Assembly: GCA_900540145.1 (NCBI GenBank)
Contig: UQEW01000001.1
Location: 176-64,175 of the forward strand
Origin: an uncultured Eubacteriales bacterium
GTDB lineage: Bacteria; Bacillota; Clostridia; Peptostreptococcales; Anaerovoracaceae
Length of the DNA stretch: 64,000 bases
Reading direction: 5' to 3'
Position numbers and translations under genes: made by a program. Under the pieces are notes generated by a model. It had not been told where the DNA came from. It did not search any database and saw only the letters and a list, made by a program, of their open reading frames with translations. Position 1 is the stretch's first letter; every line of letters begins with the position of its first letter. This document shows, piece by piece, positions 19,280 through 28,729 of the stretch.

Positions 19280-20311
19280 CTAAGAATTAACATCAATCTC
19301 GCCGGTCAATATCCTCTTGTAGTCTTCATAATTTCTTTTCAGCAAGTCAGGCACCTTAAGCTCATAAGGGCATTTTTGCATGCACTGACCGCATTCAACA
19401 CACCTTTCGATTTTTTTCATTTCCTCCTTCCAAGTTTCACTCAGGTATGCTGATGATGGCGCACGGCGCAGCATCAACGACATCCTGGCGCATTGATTTA
19501 TGATTATGCCTTGAGGGCACGGCATGCAATAACCGCATCCGCGGCAAAAATCACCATCCAGTTCCTTTTTATCTGCTTCAATTATGCTTATTATCTCATC
19601 GTTCATCACCGGCGTATCTTCCATGCATGAAAGCCACTCCGAAATTTCCTTTTCTCTCTGCACGCCCCATATCGGCAACACGTTATCGAACTGAGAAATG
19701 AAAGCATAAGCGGCCTTATAATTATCTATCAGACCTCCTGCCAGCGCTTTCATGGCTATAAAGCCCATTTCCTTCTCCTTGCACATCTCCACCAGGTTCT
19801 TTTCGCGTTCTCCGGAAAGATAACTGAAAGGAAACTGCATGGTGGCATACAGTCCTGATTTTATGCACTCTTCCGCTACGCCTACCTTGTGGCACGTGAT
19901 TCCTATATTCCTTATCATTCCCTGCCGTTTAAAGTCTTCCATAAGCTCATACATGCCGCTTCCGTCTCCGGGCGCTATGCATCTGCCGGCCAGGTGAAAT
20001 TGGTATAAATCCACATAATCTGTCTTAAGATTTTTAAGAGACGTCTCCAGCTGGATTTTCATATCTTCTGTGTTGCCAGCCATAGTCTTAGTGGCAATAA
20101 ATATGCGATTTCTCACATCTGAAAGCGCCATTCCTATCTTCTTTTCACTGTCTGTATAAGCTCTAGCAGTATCAAAGAAAGTTATGCCTCCTTCGTAAGC
20201 CCGGCGAAGAATCTTTATGGCAGTTTCATCATCGCATCTCTGAATAGGCAAAGCTCCGAATCCGTTCTGCGGAGTAACTATGCCCGTTTTTCCCAATGTT
20301 ACCATTCTCAT
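19280..20311 (-). CDS. Aldo/keto reductase with a C-terminal 4Fe-4S ferredoxin-type domain
   Basis: 343 aa, with an AKR-fold N-terminus and C-terminal CRGCGYCMPCP and CVECGQCMQKCP motifs. Confidence 0.75.
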   Translation of the reverse strand: MRMVTLGKTGIVTPQNGFGALPIQRCDDETAIKILRRAYEGGITFFDTARAYTDSEKKIGMALSDVRNRIFIATKTMAGNTEDMKIQLETSLKNLKTDYVDLYQFHLAGRCIAPGDGSGMYELMEDFKRQGMIRNIGITCHKVGVAEECIKSGLYATMQFPFSYLSGEREKNLVEMCKEKEMGFIAMKALAGGLIDNYKAAYAFISQFDNVLPIWGVQREKEISEWLSCMEDTPVMNDEIISIIEADKKELDGDFCRGCGYCMPCPQGIIINQCARMSLMLRRAPSSAYLSETWKEEMKKIERCVECGQCMQKCPYELKVPDLLKRNYEDYKRILTGEIDVNS

Positions 20312-20351
20312 TTTTTGTACCTCCGGTCATCTTGATGATGATAGATAACAA

Positions 20352-21383
20352 TTACCATATGCCCATGAAATGCTGCACAGCCAGACTGGTGAAAGTTATC
20401 CCAAGCCAGCAGCAAGCTCCCATGAAAAGCGGTTTGCCGCCTGTTTTAATAAGCTTTACTATATCCGTATTGAGGCCTATGGCCGCCATAGCCATGACTA
20501 TAAAAAACTTGCTCAAGTCTTTTAAAGGCGAAAATACCGATGAATCTACGCCTGCTGCAGTTGCAATTGTGGTAATCAGCGACGCAGCTATAAAATATAA
20601 TATAAAGAAAGGAAAGATCTTCTTCAAGCTTACTTTCTTATTTTCTTCGTTTTTATTCTTTCTGGTCGTCATAAACGCTAAAACCAAAGTTATAGGTATT
20701 ATGGCCAGAGTCCTGGTCAGCTTGACGGTTACAGCTTTATCCAGCGTGGCGCTTCCCAAATTCCACATGCTGTCCCACGTGGAAGCCGCAGCAGTAACCG
20801 AAGACGTATCGTTGACCGCTGTGCCGGCAAAGATTCCGAAGGCCTCGCCGGAAGTGGTATCAAACCCTATGAAACTGCCCATAGTGGGGAATATCACTGC
20901 TGCCAGAACATTAAAGAAAAAGATAACGGAAATAGCCTGCGCCACCTCCTCATCATCGGCATTTATAACCGGAGCGGTAGCAGCTATGGCCGATCCTCCG
21001 CATATGGAAGACCCTACTCCCACCAATGTGGATATGTTGGAAGGTATCTTCATCCACTTATGTAACAGAAAAGCTATTATGAGAGAAACAGCTATCGTGC
21101 AAATTATTATTGGCAATGATTGTTTGCCGGTCTCCAGAACTACATTTAAGTCAAGCCCGAAACCTAAAAGAATGACTGCCCATTGAAGAATTTTTTTCGA
21201 AGTAAACTTTATTCCTGTGTCAAAGGCTCCCTTTTCTTTGAAAAATACTGTTATTACCATTCCCAGCAAAATGGCGATAACAGGTCCTCCTACCACGGGA
21301 GCCAGCTTTCCCAGAAGCCAAGCCGGGACAGCTATGGCGAGGCAAAGTATTATGCCCTTTAAATTCTTATTGACAAAATCCAT
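20352..21383 (-). CDS. YeiH/UPF0324 family membrane protein (putative sulfate exporter family)
   Basis: 343 aa polytopic membrane protein with a YeiH-like N-terminus. Confidence 0.65.
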   Translation of the reverse strand: MDFVNKNLKGIILCLAIAVPAWLLGKLAPVVGGPVIAILLGMVITVFFKEKGAFDTGIKFTSKKILQWAVILLGFGLDLNVVLETGKQSLPIIICTIAVSLIIAFLLHKWMKIPSNISTLVGVGSSICGGSAIAATAPVINADDEEVAQAISVIFFFNVLAAVIFPTMGSFIGFDTTSGEAFGIFAGTAVNDTSSVTAAASTWDSMWNLGSATLDKAVTVKLTRTLAIIPITLVLAFMTTRKNKNEENKKVSLKKIFPFFILYFIAASLITTIATAAGVDSSVFSPLKDLSKFFIVMAMAAIGLNTDIVKLIKTGGKPLFMGACCWLGITFTSLAVQHFMGIW

Positions 21384-21534
21384 ATAACTCCTTATCTTTT
21401 GTCTTTTTTATCCCTCTAAAGAGGCTTCGTCTGATAACCAGGCGAAGCCTCTCCATTCGATGACAAGATTTTATTTTTTGTTTTTTAATATTATACTCAA
21501 TATCGGGCAGATTTTCAATCTCAATTAATATTCA

Positions 21535-22152
21535 TTATATGAGATCTTCCATTACCTTTAAATACTCAACGATAATTTTGGCACATTGGTCTATGGTCAT
21601 GAGACTGGTATTTAAACACAAATCGTAATTCCTGGCGTCGTTCCATTCTCTTCCGGTATAATATCTGTTATACTGTGCCCTTTCCTTGTCAGTTTTCTCA
21701 ATCATGCGCCGTGCTTCATCTTCATCTACGCCATCCTTTTCTTTTACTCTTTCTATGCATTGAGCCATATCGGCATAGACAAATACCTTTATCACATTCC
21801 GCTCATCTTTAAGCACATGATGGGCGCATCTTCCTACGATTATGCAAGGTTCGCCCTTCTCATGCAGTTGCTTTATTATCTTTGCCTGCATATTGAACAA
21901 ATTTTCTCTGGAAAGAAATTCGCTGCTGTCCGGCGAGGCAATCTCGCGAGAAGTGTATTTTTTAAATCCCAAGCCTCTTGGCTTCTCATCGGCCAGATTG
22001 AACAAAGCTTCATTAATACCTGTGTCCTCTGAAGCCTTACGTATGAGGTCTCTATCATAATATTTTATACCCAGCTGCTTAGCAAGCGTTTTGGCAACCG
22101 TCTTGCCGCCGCTGCCATACCCTCTTGATATGGTAATCACGAAACTTTTCAT
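21535..22152 (-). CDS. Cytidylate kinase-like family protein
   Basis: 205 aa with a P-loop (SRGYGSGGKTVAKTLA). Confidence 0.6.
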   Translation of the reverse strand: MKSFVITISRGYGSGGKTVAKTLAKQLGIKYYDRDLIRKASEDTGINEALFNLADEKPRGLGFKKYTSREIASPDSSEFLSRENLFNMQAKIIKQLHEKGEPCIIVGRCAHHVLKDERNVIKVFVYADMAQCIERVKEKDGVDEDEARRMIEKTDKERAQYNRYYTGREWNDARNYDLCLNTSLMTIDQCAKIIVEYLKVMEDLI

Positions 22153-22199
22153 AACATATCTCCTATTTTAGCTCATTTTTCTAAGGTCCTTTTTTTAAA

Positions 22200-22931
22200 T
22201 TATTCCCCCAGGTAAGCTTTTTTGACAGACTCATCATTCATAAGTTCCTTAGCATCGCCGCTTAAAACGATTTTCCCTGTTTCAAGCACGTAAGCCCTGT
22301 CAGCGATGGCAAGAGCCTTTTTGGCATTCTGCTCTACCAAAAGTACTGTAGTGCCGCTGGCCTTAATTTCTTCTATTATTTTAAATACTTCTGTCACAAA
22401 CAATGGTGACAGTCCCATAGAAGGTTCATCCATCAGAATTATTTTAGGGTTAGACATAAGAGCTCTGCCCATGGCCAGCATTTGTTGTTCACCGCCAGAT
22501 AATGTTCCTGCTATCTGTTTTTTTCGTTCTTCAAGCCTTGGGAATTTTTCGTATACCTTATTAAGACTTTCTTCTACGGCTTTCTTGTCTTTCCTTGTAA
22601 ATGCACCAAGGGTTAAATTCTTATATACCGTCAGCTGTTGGAAAATCCTTCTTCCTTCCGGAACATGAGCCATGCCCATTTCTACAATTTTGTGAGGAGC
22701 TAATTTGAGTATGTCTGTTCCTTCAAACATCACGCTCCCCGATTTTGCCTTGAGTAATCCCGTAATAGTTTGAAGTGTGGTTGTTTTACCGGCTCCATTG
22801 GCCCCTATCAAAGCTATAACTTCTCCCTGGTTTACGTCAAAAGAAATCTTTTTTATAGCGTTGATAGCGCCGTAATTGACCTCTAGGTCTCTTATTTCAA
22901 GCATTGCCATCTTCAATCGATCTCCTTTCAC
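22200..22931 (-). CDS. livF: Branched-chain amino acid ABC transporter ATP-binding protein
   Basis: 243 aa with Walker A GANGAGKTT, the signature LSGGEQQ, and a LivF-type ending. Confidence 0.85.
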   Translation of the reverse strand: MKGDRLKMAMLEIRDLEVNYGAINAIKKISFDVNQGEVIALIGANGAGKTTTLQTITGLLKAKSGSVMFEGTDILKLAPHKIVEMGMAHVPEGRRIFQQLTVYKNLTLGAFTRKDKKAVEESLNKVYEKFPRLEERKKQIAGTLSGGEQQMLAMGRALMSNPKIILMDEPSMGLSPLFVTEVFKIIEEIKASGTTVLLVEQNAKKALAIADRAYVLETGKIVLSGDAKELMNDESVKKAYLGE

Positions 22932-23692
22932 TATTCTCCCAGATATGCTTTGATAACTTCTGGATCTTTAAGTACTTGGCTGGTCTTTCCCTGAGCTAAA
23001 ACAGTACCAAAATTAAGCACGGTTAATTCTTCACAAATACCGGATACGAGTCTCATATCATGCTCGATGAGCAATATGGTCATATCAAAATTATCTCTTA
23101 CAAATTTTATAGTATCCATGAGCTCTTGAGTTTCATTAGGATTCATTCCTGCCGCCGGCTCATCCAAAAGCAAAAGTTTAGGCGACGTAGCCAATGCTCT
23201 GGCTATCTCCAGTTTTCTCTGTTTTCCATACGGCAAATTGGAAGACAGCCGGTCTTTTTCTTCTGACAGACCGAATACTTCCAGCAATTCCAACGCCTTT
23301 TCATCCATCTGCTTTTCTGTCTTAAAAAAGGAAGGCAATCTGAAAATTCCGGAAGCGGTTGAATATTTATAATCGTTATGAAGTCCTACTTTGACATTAT
23401 CCAATACGCTCATCTGCTTAAACAACCTTATATTCTGGAAAGTTCTTGCTATTCCCTTTTTATTTATTTCTATTGTGCTGTGTCCTGTGAGTTTTTCACC
23501 GTCAAGGAAAAAATTCCCGCTGGTAGGTTTATATACTCCCGTCAACAAATTGAACACGGTTGTCTTGCCGGCTCCGTTGGGGCCTATCATTCCATAAAGC
23601 TGTCCTTTATTTATCTTAAGGTCAAGCCCATCGACAGCTTTTAATCCTCCAAAGGAGATACCTAAATTTTTTGTTTCAAGCATCACTGTCAT
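22931..23692 (-). CDS. livG: Branched-chain amino acid ABC transporter ATP-binding protein
   Basis: 253 aa with GPNGAGKTT and the LivG-type C-terminus. Confidence 0.85.
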   Translation of the reverse strand: MTVMLETKNLGISFGGLKAVDGLDLKINKGQLYGMIGPNGAGKTTVFNLLTGVYKPTSGNFFLDGEKLTGHSTIEINKKGIARTFQNIRLFKQMSVLDNVKVGLHNDYKYSTASGIFRLPSFFKTEKQMDEKALELLEVFGLSEEKDRLSSNLPYGKQRKLEIARALATSPKLLLLDEPAAGMNPNETQELMDTIKFVRDNFDMTILLIEHDMRLVSGICEELTVLNFGTVLAQGKTSQVLKDPEVIKAYLGE

Positions 23693-23693
23693 A

Positions 23694-24788
23694 TCAGCTC
23701 ACCCCTTTACTTTCTTTTCTTTTGCTGCCGGTAACTTTATCCCTTATTCCACCGAAGAGTTTTTCTTTGTAATAACTTAATTTTTCGTTATTGTTGACCA
23801 GCATCATCACTATAAGGATGATAGCGTATATGAGCATTCTGTAATCGTTGAGTCCTCTCAAAAGTTCAGGAAGCGCAGTTAATATAACAGCAGCAATCAC
23901 CGAACCTCTCATGCTTCCGATGCCGCCCAATACTACAAATACAAGGATTAATATGGAGTAATTATAATCAAATTTCGTAGCAACGAGAGAAGATAAGTTG
24001 TGTGAATAAAGTACTCCGGCAACTCCTGCAAAAAATGCAGATAAGGCAAATGCTATAAGCTTGTACTTTGTTATATTTATTCCTGTAGCTTCCGCTGCTA
24101 TTCTATTATCTCTTATAGCCATTATGGCTCTCCCCGACCTGGAATTTACCAGATTCAGGATGACTATTAACGTTATAAAAATCAGTACAAACCCTATTAC
24201 ATAAGTAGAATCTTTAGGCGTTCCCGTTATGCCCATAGCGCCGTTAACTATGACATTTGCACTGGAGGCATCTAAATCCATAGAGTTATATCCATCTACA
24301 CCAAGGGCAAAATGCAATCCCTTAGAATCTGTAACTATGTACAAATTATTAACTATGTTTTTTATTATCTCGCCAAATGCTAAAGTTACTATCGCAAGAT
24401 AGTCACCTCTGAGTCGTAAAACAGGTATTCCTACCAGTATTCCTATAACTGCTGCAGCCAACCCACCAAGCAGCAGAGCGATAGGAAATCTTATGAGCGC
24501 TGATTCTATAGACGCTGAAGCTGCTACGGAAAATATGCTGCCCACAAAAGCCCCGACACACATGAAACCTGCATGCCCTAAACTTAATTCACCTAAAATA
24601 CCGACAGTCAAATTAAGGGATATCGCAAGTATCACATTGACACATATAGGGACCAGTATCCCCTGAAACAGATTAGACGCAAGTCCTGTTTCTGTGTACA
24701 CTACACAGAACAAAAACATCAAGGCAACTATTATGTAGGTAACCATACTGTTCTTTGTATTTTTGTTCATATCGCTTAAACGTTTCAA
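23694..24788 (-). CDS. livM: Branched-chain amino acid ABC transporter permease
   Basis: 364 aa polytopic permease. Confidence 0.8.
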   Translation of the reverse strand: MKRLSDMNKNTKNSMVTYIIVALMFLFCVVYTETGLASNLFQGILVPICVNVILAISLNLTVGILGELSLGHAGFMCVGAFVGSIFSVAASASIESALIRFPIALLLGGLAAAVIGILVGIPVLRLRGDYLAIVTLAFGEIIKNIVNNLYIVTDSKGLHFALGVDGYNSMDLDASSANVIVNGAMGITGTPKDSTYVIGFVLIFITLIVILNLVNSRSGRAIMAIRDNRIAAEATGINITKYKLIAFALSAFFAGVAGVLYSHNLSSLVATKFDYNYSILILVFVVLGGIGSMRGSVIAAVILTALPELLRGLNDYRMLIYAIILIVMMLVNNNEKLSYYKEKLFGGIRDKVTGSKRKESKGVS

Positions 24789-24798
24789 ACCATGTCAC

Positions 24799-25677
24799 CT
24801 ACACTTTCTCGTTCATCTTCTTGCCCATTATACCTGTCGGTCTGATTATAAGCACGACGATGAGCACACCAAATACTATAGCGTCAGACAGCTGTGAGGA
24901 TATATATGCCTTGCTCAGATTTTCTATTATGCCAAGCAATATTCCTCCTATCATCGCTCCCGGTATAGAACCTATGCCTCCGAAAACAGCAGCGACGAAA
25001 GCCTTGATTCCCGGCATTGCGCCTGTATAAGGACTTATCTGCGGGTATGCAGAGCACAAAAGCAGGCTAGCTACCGCAGCCAAAGCCGAACCTATAGCGA
25101 AAGTAAGAGAAATAGTGCTGTTCACATTGACTCCCATCAACTGAGCTGCACCTCTGTCTTCTGATACTGCCTGCATGGCGGCACCAGGTTTTGTATATTT
25201 CATAAACAGCATAAGACCTGTCATTATGACAACAGTTACACATATAGTTACTACCGTAACTCCTGAAACCGTAAGTCCTTCTGCAATTTTCAAATCAGGT
25301 ACATCTATAAGAACAGGGAAATTTTTTGCTGCTGAGCCAAATATTAAAAGCGCCGCATTCTGCAGCAAATAGCTGACACCTATGGCAGTAATAAGCACTG
25401 CAAGCGGCGTAGCATTTCTCAAAGGTTTATACGCCACCTTTTCAATGACTACTCCAAGTACAGTACATACGATTATCCCGCAAATTATAGCTACAACAGG
25501 AGATGTTCCTGCAGAGCTTATGGCGGTAAACATTACAAAACCGCCTATCATTATAACATCACCGTGGGCAAAGTTAAGCATTTTTGCAATTCCATAAACC
25601 ATTGTATATCCCAAAGCGATCAATGCATAAACACTACCTAAACTTATCCCACTTATCAAATAAGATAAAAAATTCAT
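24799..25677 (-). CDS. livH: Branched-chain amino acid ABC transporter permease
   Basis: 292 aa polytopic permease. Confidence 0.8.
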   Translation of the reverse strand: MNFLSYLISGISLGSVYALIALGYTMVYGIAKMLNFAHGDVIMIGGFVMFTAISSAGTSPVVAIICGIIVCTVLGVVIEKVAYKPLRNATPLAVLITAIGVSYLLQNAALLIFGSAAKNFPVLIDVPDLKIAEGLTVSGVTVVTICVTVVIMTGLMLFMKYTKPGAAMQAVSEDRGAAQLMGVNVNSTISLTFAIGSALAAVASLLLCSAYPQISPYTGAMPGIKAFVAAVFGGIGSIPGAMIGGILLGIIENLSKAYISSQLSDAIVFGVLIVVLIIRPTGIMGKKMNEKV

Positions 25678-25813
25678 TTTGATACCTCATCAAACACTTC
25701 AAGAGGGCGCCGCACAAGATATGCGATACCTGCAGAGCTTTCGCCCATCAGTGCGCACCGTCAAATGGCGCCCTCTTTCGGAGTTCTAATAGTAAGACTC
25801 TGTCTTTTTTATA

Positions 25814-26986
25814 TTAAACTGCTGAGTAAGCGCCATCCTTTATAACCATTGCCTTAGGCTCCTTGGTAGGTTCGCCTGAAGCGTCCCAAGTCATGGTCCC
25901 TGTTACGCCTTCAACGGTTATCTCTGTCATAGCAACTTTCAGAGCTTCACACAAATCGCTTACACTCATGTCAGGCGTAGCCTCAGCTTGTTCGATAGCT
26001 GCTTTTATAATGTAAATTGCATCATAAGCATCTGCTGCAAACTGATTAGGTGTGGCACCGTCATATGCTTCCTGGTATGCAGCTGTAAAAGTTTGTGTCT
26101 TTTCGTCTTTCGCATCTGCTGCAAAAGGAGTAAGAAGCATTACACCTTCTGCCAGCTCAGCATTATCGCCCAACTGGCCTATAACTCCGTCAAGTCCATC
26201 GCATCCAAAGAAGGTTACATCAAGTCCCGCCTGGTCTGCCTGAGTAAGAATAAGAGCAGCTTCTTCATAATATATAGGAAGGAATACCAGATCCGCTCCG
26301 CTTTCTTTTATTTTTTGCAGCTGAACTGAAAAATCAGTCTTAGCGTCCTTTGTGAAAGCTTCAGTATCTACTATATCAACACCTTTTGTATCTGCTTCTG
26401 CAGCAAACTTTTCATAAATGCCGGAGGAATATACATCTGATGAATTGTATATTACAGCAACTTTGCTGTCGGCAAAATTTTCAGCAATATAATCTGCTGC
26501 GCCAATTCCCTGGTTAGGGTCACTGAAACATACTCTGAAAGCATTGTCTCCTGCGATAGATTCAACTGCTGAACCGGAAGGTGTCAGCTGGAACATGTTA
26601 TCACTGCTGGTCTCTGCTACTACTGCCGCACAAGGCTGACTTGTAACTGTTCCCATCAGAATCTGTATTCCCTTATCTTTCAGCGAGTTATATGCGTTTA
26701 CAGACTTCTCTGCGTCGTTTTCATCGTCCTGCCATTCGAATCTGATAGGAACACCATTGATTCCACCTGCTTCGTTTATTTCTTTAACCGCCAGCTCCGC
26801 TCCGTTTTTAACATTCTCGCCATAAGTAGCTGCTGAGCCTGTTGTAGGTCCTATGCCGCCGATTACGAATTCTTCTCCGCTGCTGCTCTCATTGCTGTCT
26901 CCGCCGCATCCTGTCAGCAGAGTTGCTGCCATGAGCACTGCCATAGCTGATACTGCAAATTTCTTTGCAAAACTTTTCTTTTTCAT
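25814..26986 (-). CDS. livK: Branched-chain amino acid ABC transporter substrate-binding lipoprotein
   Basis: 390 aa with a lipobox (LLTGCGGDS) and a type I periplasmic-binding-protein fold. The ribosome-binding site GAGGAGGAG lies directly upstream. Confidence 0.8.
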   Translation of the reverse strand: MKKKSFAKKFAVSAMAVLMAATLLTGCGGDSNESSSGEEFVIGGIGPTTGSAATYGENVKNGAELAVKEINEAGGINGVPIRFEWQDDENDAEKSVNAYNSLKDKGIQILMGTVTSQPCAAVVAETSSDNMFQLTPSGSAVESIAGDNAFRVCFSDPNQGIGAADYIAENFADSKVAVIYNSSDVYSSGIYEKFAAEADTKGVDIVDTEAFTKDAKTDFSVQLQKIKESGADLVFLPIYYEEAALILTQADQAGLDVTFFGCDGLDGVIGQLGDNAELAEGVMLLTPFAADAKDEKTQTFTAAYQEAYDGATPNQFAADAYDAIYIIKAAIEQAEATPDMSVSDLCEALKVAMTEITVEGVTGTMTWDASGEPTKEPKAMVIKDGAYSAV

Positions 26987-27000
26987 TTTTACTCCTCCTC

Positions 27001-27032
27001 ATAATAAAAGCCTGCGAAAGGGTCGCAGGCTT
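27001..27032 (-). terminator. Intrinsic terminator directly abutting the livK ribosome-binding site
   Basis: Minus-strand RNA AAGCCUGCGACCCUUUCGCAGGCUUUUAUUAUG. A 7-8 bp GC stem is followed by a U-rich tract, with GAGGAGGAG and the livK ATG immediately downstream. There is no room for a separate promoter between them. Confidence 0.5.
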
Positions 27033-27084
27033 ATCTTTTAGGCATATTGCCAGCTATTAGTCAGACTGGCAACTTTCCGGAAGG

Positions 27085-27210
27085 TCATATGAGTCTCTTT
27101 TGATTACCTGCAGCCAAATAAACATTATTTTGTCCGATGCCGACCACGATGATGACGGCTAGAATAATGCTTGTAATGACTATTAGGCTGACAGTTAAAG
27201 TAAAACTCAT
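27085..27210 (-). CDS. Small ORF (41 aa) MSFTLTVSLIVITSIILAVIIVVGIGQNNVYLAAGNQKRLI: a candidate Ile/Val/Leu-rich leader peptide, or a one-helix membrane peptide
   Basis: Not in the ORF track because it is under 60 aa. ATG 27210 is preceded by AGGAAGG. 19 of the 41 residues are I, V or L. It lies between a consensus promoter and the terminator in front of livK. Confidence 0.3.
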   Translation of the reverse strand: MSFTLTVSLIVITSIILAVIIVVGIGQNNVYLAAGNQKRLI

Positions 27211-27243
27211 AACCTATAATTCCTTCCTAAAGTGATACGTTGA

Positions 27244-27272
27244 TATTATCACATATTGACGCTTTGTGTCAA
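27244..27272 (-). promoter_or_regulatory. Near-consensus sigma-A promoter (TTGACA-17-TAATAT on the minus strand) driving the small ORF and the liv operon
   Basis: Minus-strand reading TTGACACAAAGCGTCAATATGTGATAATAT. The -35 is at plus 27267-27272 and the -10 at plus 27244-27249. It overlaps a short ATTGAC/GTCAAT inverted repeat. Confidence 0.45.
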
Positions 27273-27424
27273 TATGTCTTTCTGTTTTTCTCAAATTTTT
27301 TTATATTTTTTTGTTTTTTTGCACAAAATTCTCAGCATGGACGCGAACGGCAGGTGTCAAAACTGAAAATTATACAACATTCGTTCTTTGCCGATCCGGT
27401 CTAAACCGTGATTTTAGCTAAAAT

Positions 27425-27462
27425 GTTGTAATATTTTTGAAAAAATCAAAATATTACAACAT
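27425..27462. promoter_or_regulatory. Perfect 14-bp inverted repeat TGTTGTAATATTTT-N10-AAAATATTACAACA. Its core ATTTTTGAAAAAAT resembles a CodY-type box.
   Basis: Seen directly in the sequence. It lies between the ilvE terminator and the liv promoter, and the stem is too AU-rich to be a terminator. Confidence 0.35.
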
Positions 27463-27475
27463 ACTCAGATGCCGC

Positions 27476-27514
27476 ATAAATATAATAGCCCCGAGGCAAA
27501 CCCACGCCCGGGGC
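27476..27514 (-). terminator. Intrinsic terminator of the ilv-leu operon, downstream of ilvE
   Basis: Minus-strand RNA AGCCCCGGGCGUGGGUUUGCCUCGGGGCU followed by AUUAUAUUUAU. Confidence 0.55.
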
Positions 27515-27569
27515 TATCTTAATATTCGAAGTCGTTTAATTCCTATACTATACCTCACTATACCTCTGA

Positions 27570-28640
27570 TTATTCTACCGGCACTATCCAGCCGCGCTTA
27601 TCTTCTATCTTGCCGGTCTGGATGCCGTACAACTCATCGTACAGACGCTGGGACAACTCACCGATTTTACCGTTGTTTATGATGAGATCCTTACCATCCC
27701 AGTTGAGTTCTCCGACAGGCGAGATAACCGCAGCAGTTCCTGTGGCAAAGACCTCTTCAAGTCTGCCCTCTTCACCTGCTTTAAAAATTTCATCGATGGT
27801 GAATCTTGTCTCATTAACCTTGTATCCCCAGTCTCTCATAACCTCGATCATCGAAGCCCTGGTGATACCCGGCAGAATTGTTCCTATCAGCGAGGAAGTG
27901 TAAATTTCGCCGTCTATTTTAAAGAAAGCGTTGGAAGTACCTATCTCTTCCACATACTTCTTTTCCTTAGCGTCCAACCAAAGTACCTGGTCAAAACCCA
28001 TCTTGTGAGCTTTCTGCTCAGCAATCATAGCAGCGCCGTAGTTGCCTCCTATTTTAGCGAAACCGGTTCCGCCCATGGCAGACCTGATGTATTCATTTTC
28101 AACATATATTCTCGTAGGCGCAAGACCGTTTTCGTAGTAAGGTCCTACAGGGCTCAGTATTATTATAAATTTGTAAGTCTTTGAAACATCTACCCCCAGA
28201 AAAGCATCTGTCGCTATCATGAAAGGTCTGATGTAGAGAGCAGTGTCCTCCTTTTCAGGTATCCAGTCCTTGTCAACGCTTACGATGGCTTTGACCGCAT
28301 CCACGAACAGTTCCTCATCCATAGCAGGCATGCACATTCTCTCGTTGGTGTTGTTAGCTCTTTTGGCGTTCATATCAGGTCTGAATAGCTGAACTTTGCC
28401 TTCTGCTGTCTTATAAGCTTTAAGCCCCTCAAACATTTCCTGACCATAGTGGAAAACAGTGCTGGCAGGATCCAGTTCAAGAGGACCGTAAGGCACTATT
28501 CTTCCGTCATGCCAGCCTTTTTCTATGTCATAATCCATGATGAACATGTGATCTGTAAATATCTTTCCAAAAGGCAGATGTTCAGGATCAGGTTTGGCCT
28601 TAGGCGAAGTTGTAAGTGTTACGCTGAATTTATTGTCCAT
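27570..28640 (-). CDS. ilvE: Branched-chain amino acid aminotransferase
   Basis: The start is placed at the internal ATG 28640 (MDNKFSVTL...), giving about 356 aa. It is a class IV aminotransferase. Confidence 0.9.
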   Translation of the reverse strand: MDNKFSVTLTTSPKAKPDPEHLPFGKIFTDHMFIMDYDIEKGWHDGRIVPYGPLELDPASTVFHYGQEMFEGLKAYKTAEGKVQLFRPDMNAKRANNTNERMCMPAMDEELFVDAVKAIVSVDKDWIPEKEDTALYIRPFMIATDAFLGVDVSKTYKFIIILSPVGPYYENGLAPTRIYVENEYIRSAMGGTGFAKIGGNYGAAMIAEQKAHKMGFDQVLWLDAKEKKYVEEIGTSNAFFKIDGEIYTSSLIGTILPGITRASMIEVMRDWGYKVNETRFTIDEIFKAGEEGRLEEVFATGTAAVISPVGELNWDGKDLIINNGKIGELSQRLYDELYGIQTGKIEDKRGWIVPVE

Positions 28641-28729
28641 TTTTTCTTCCTTTCCGATATATCGGCGCCCGTCCCCGCCTTGACCTCCGGTAAGCCGGAC
28701 CCGGGCGCCCTGTCTTATCACAAACAGTT

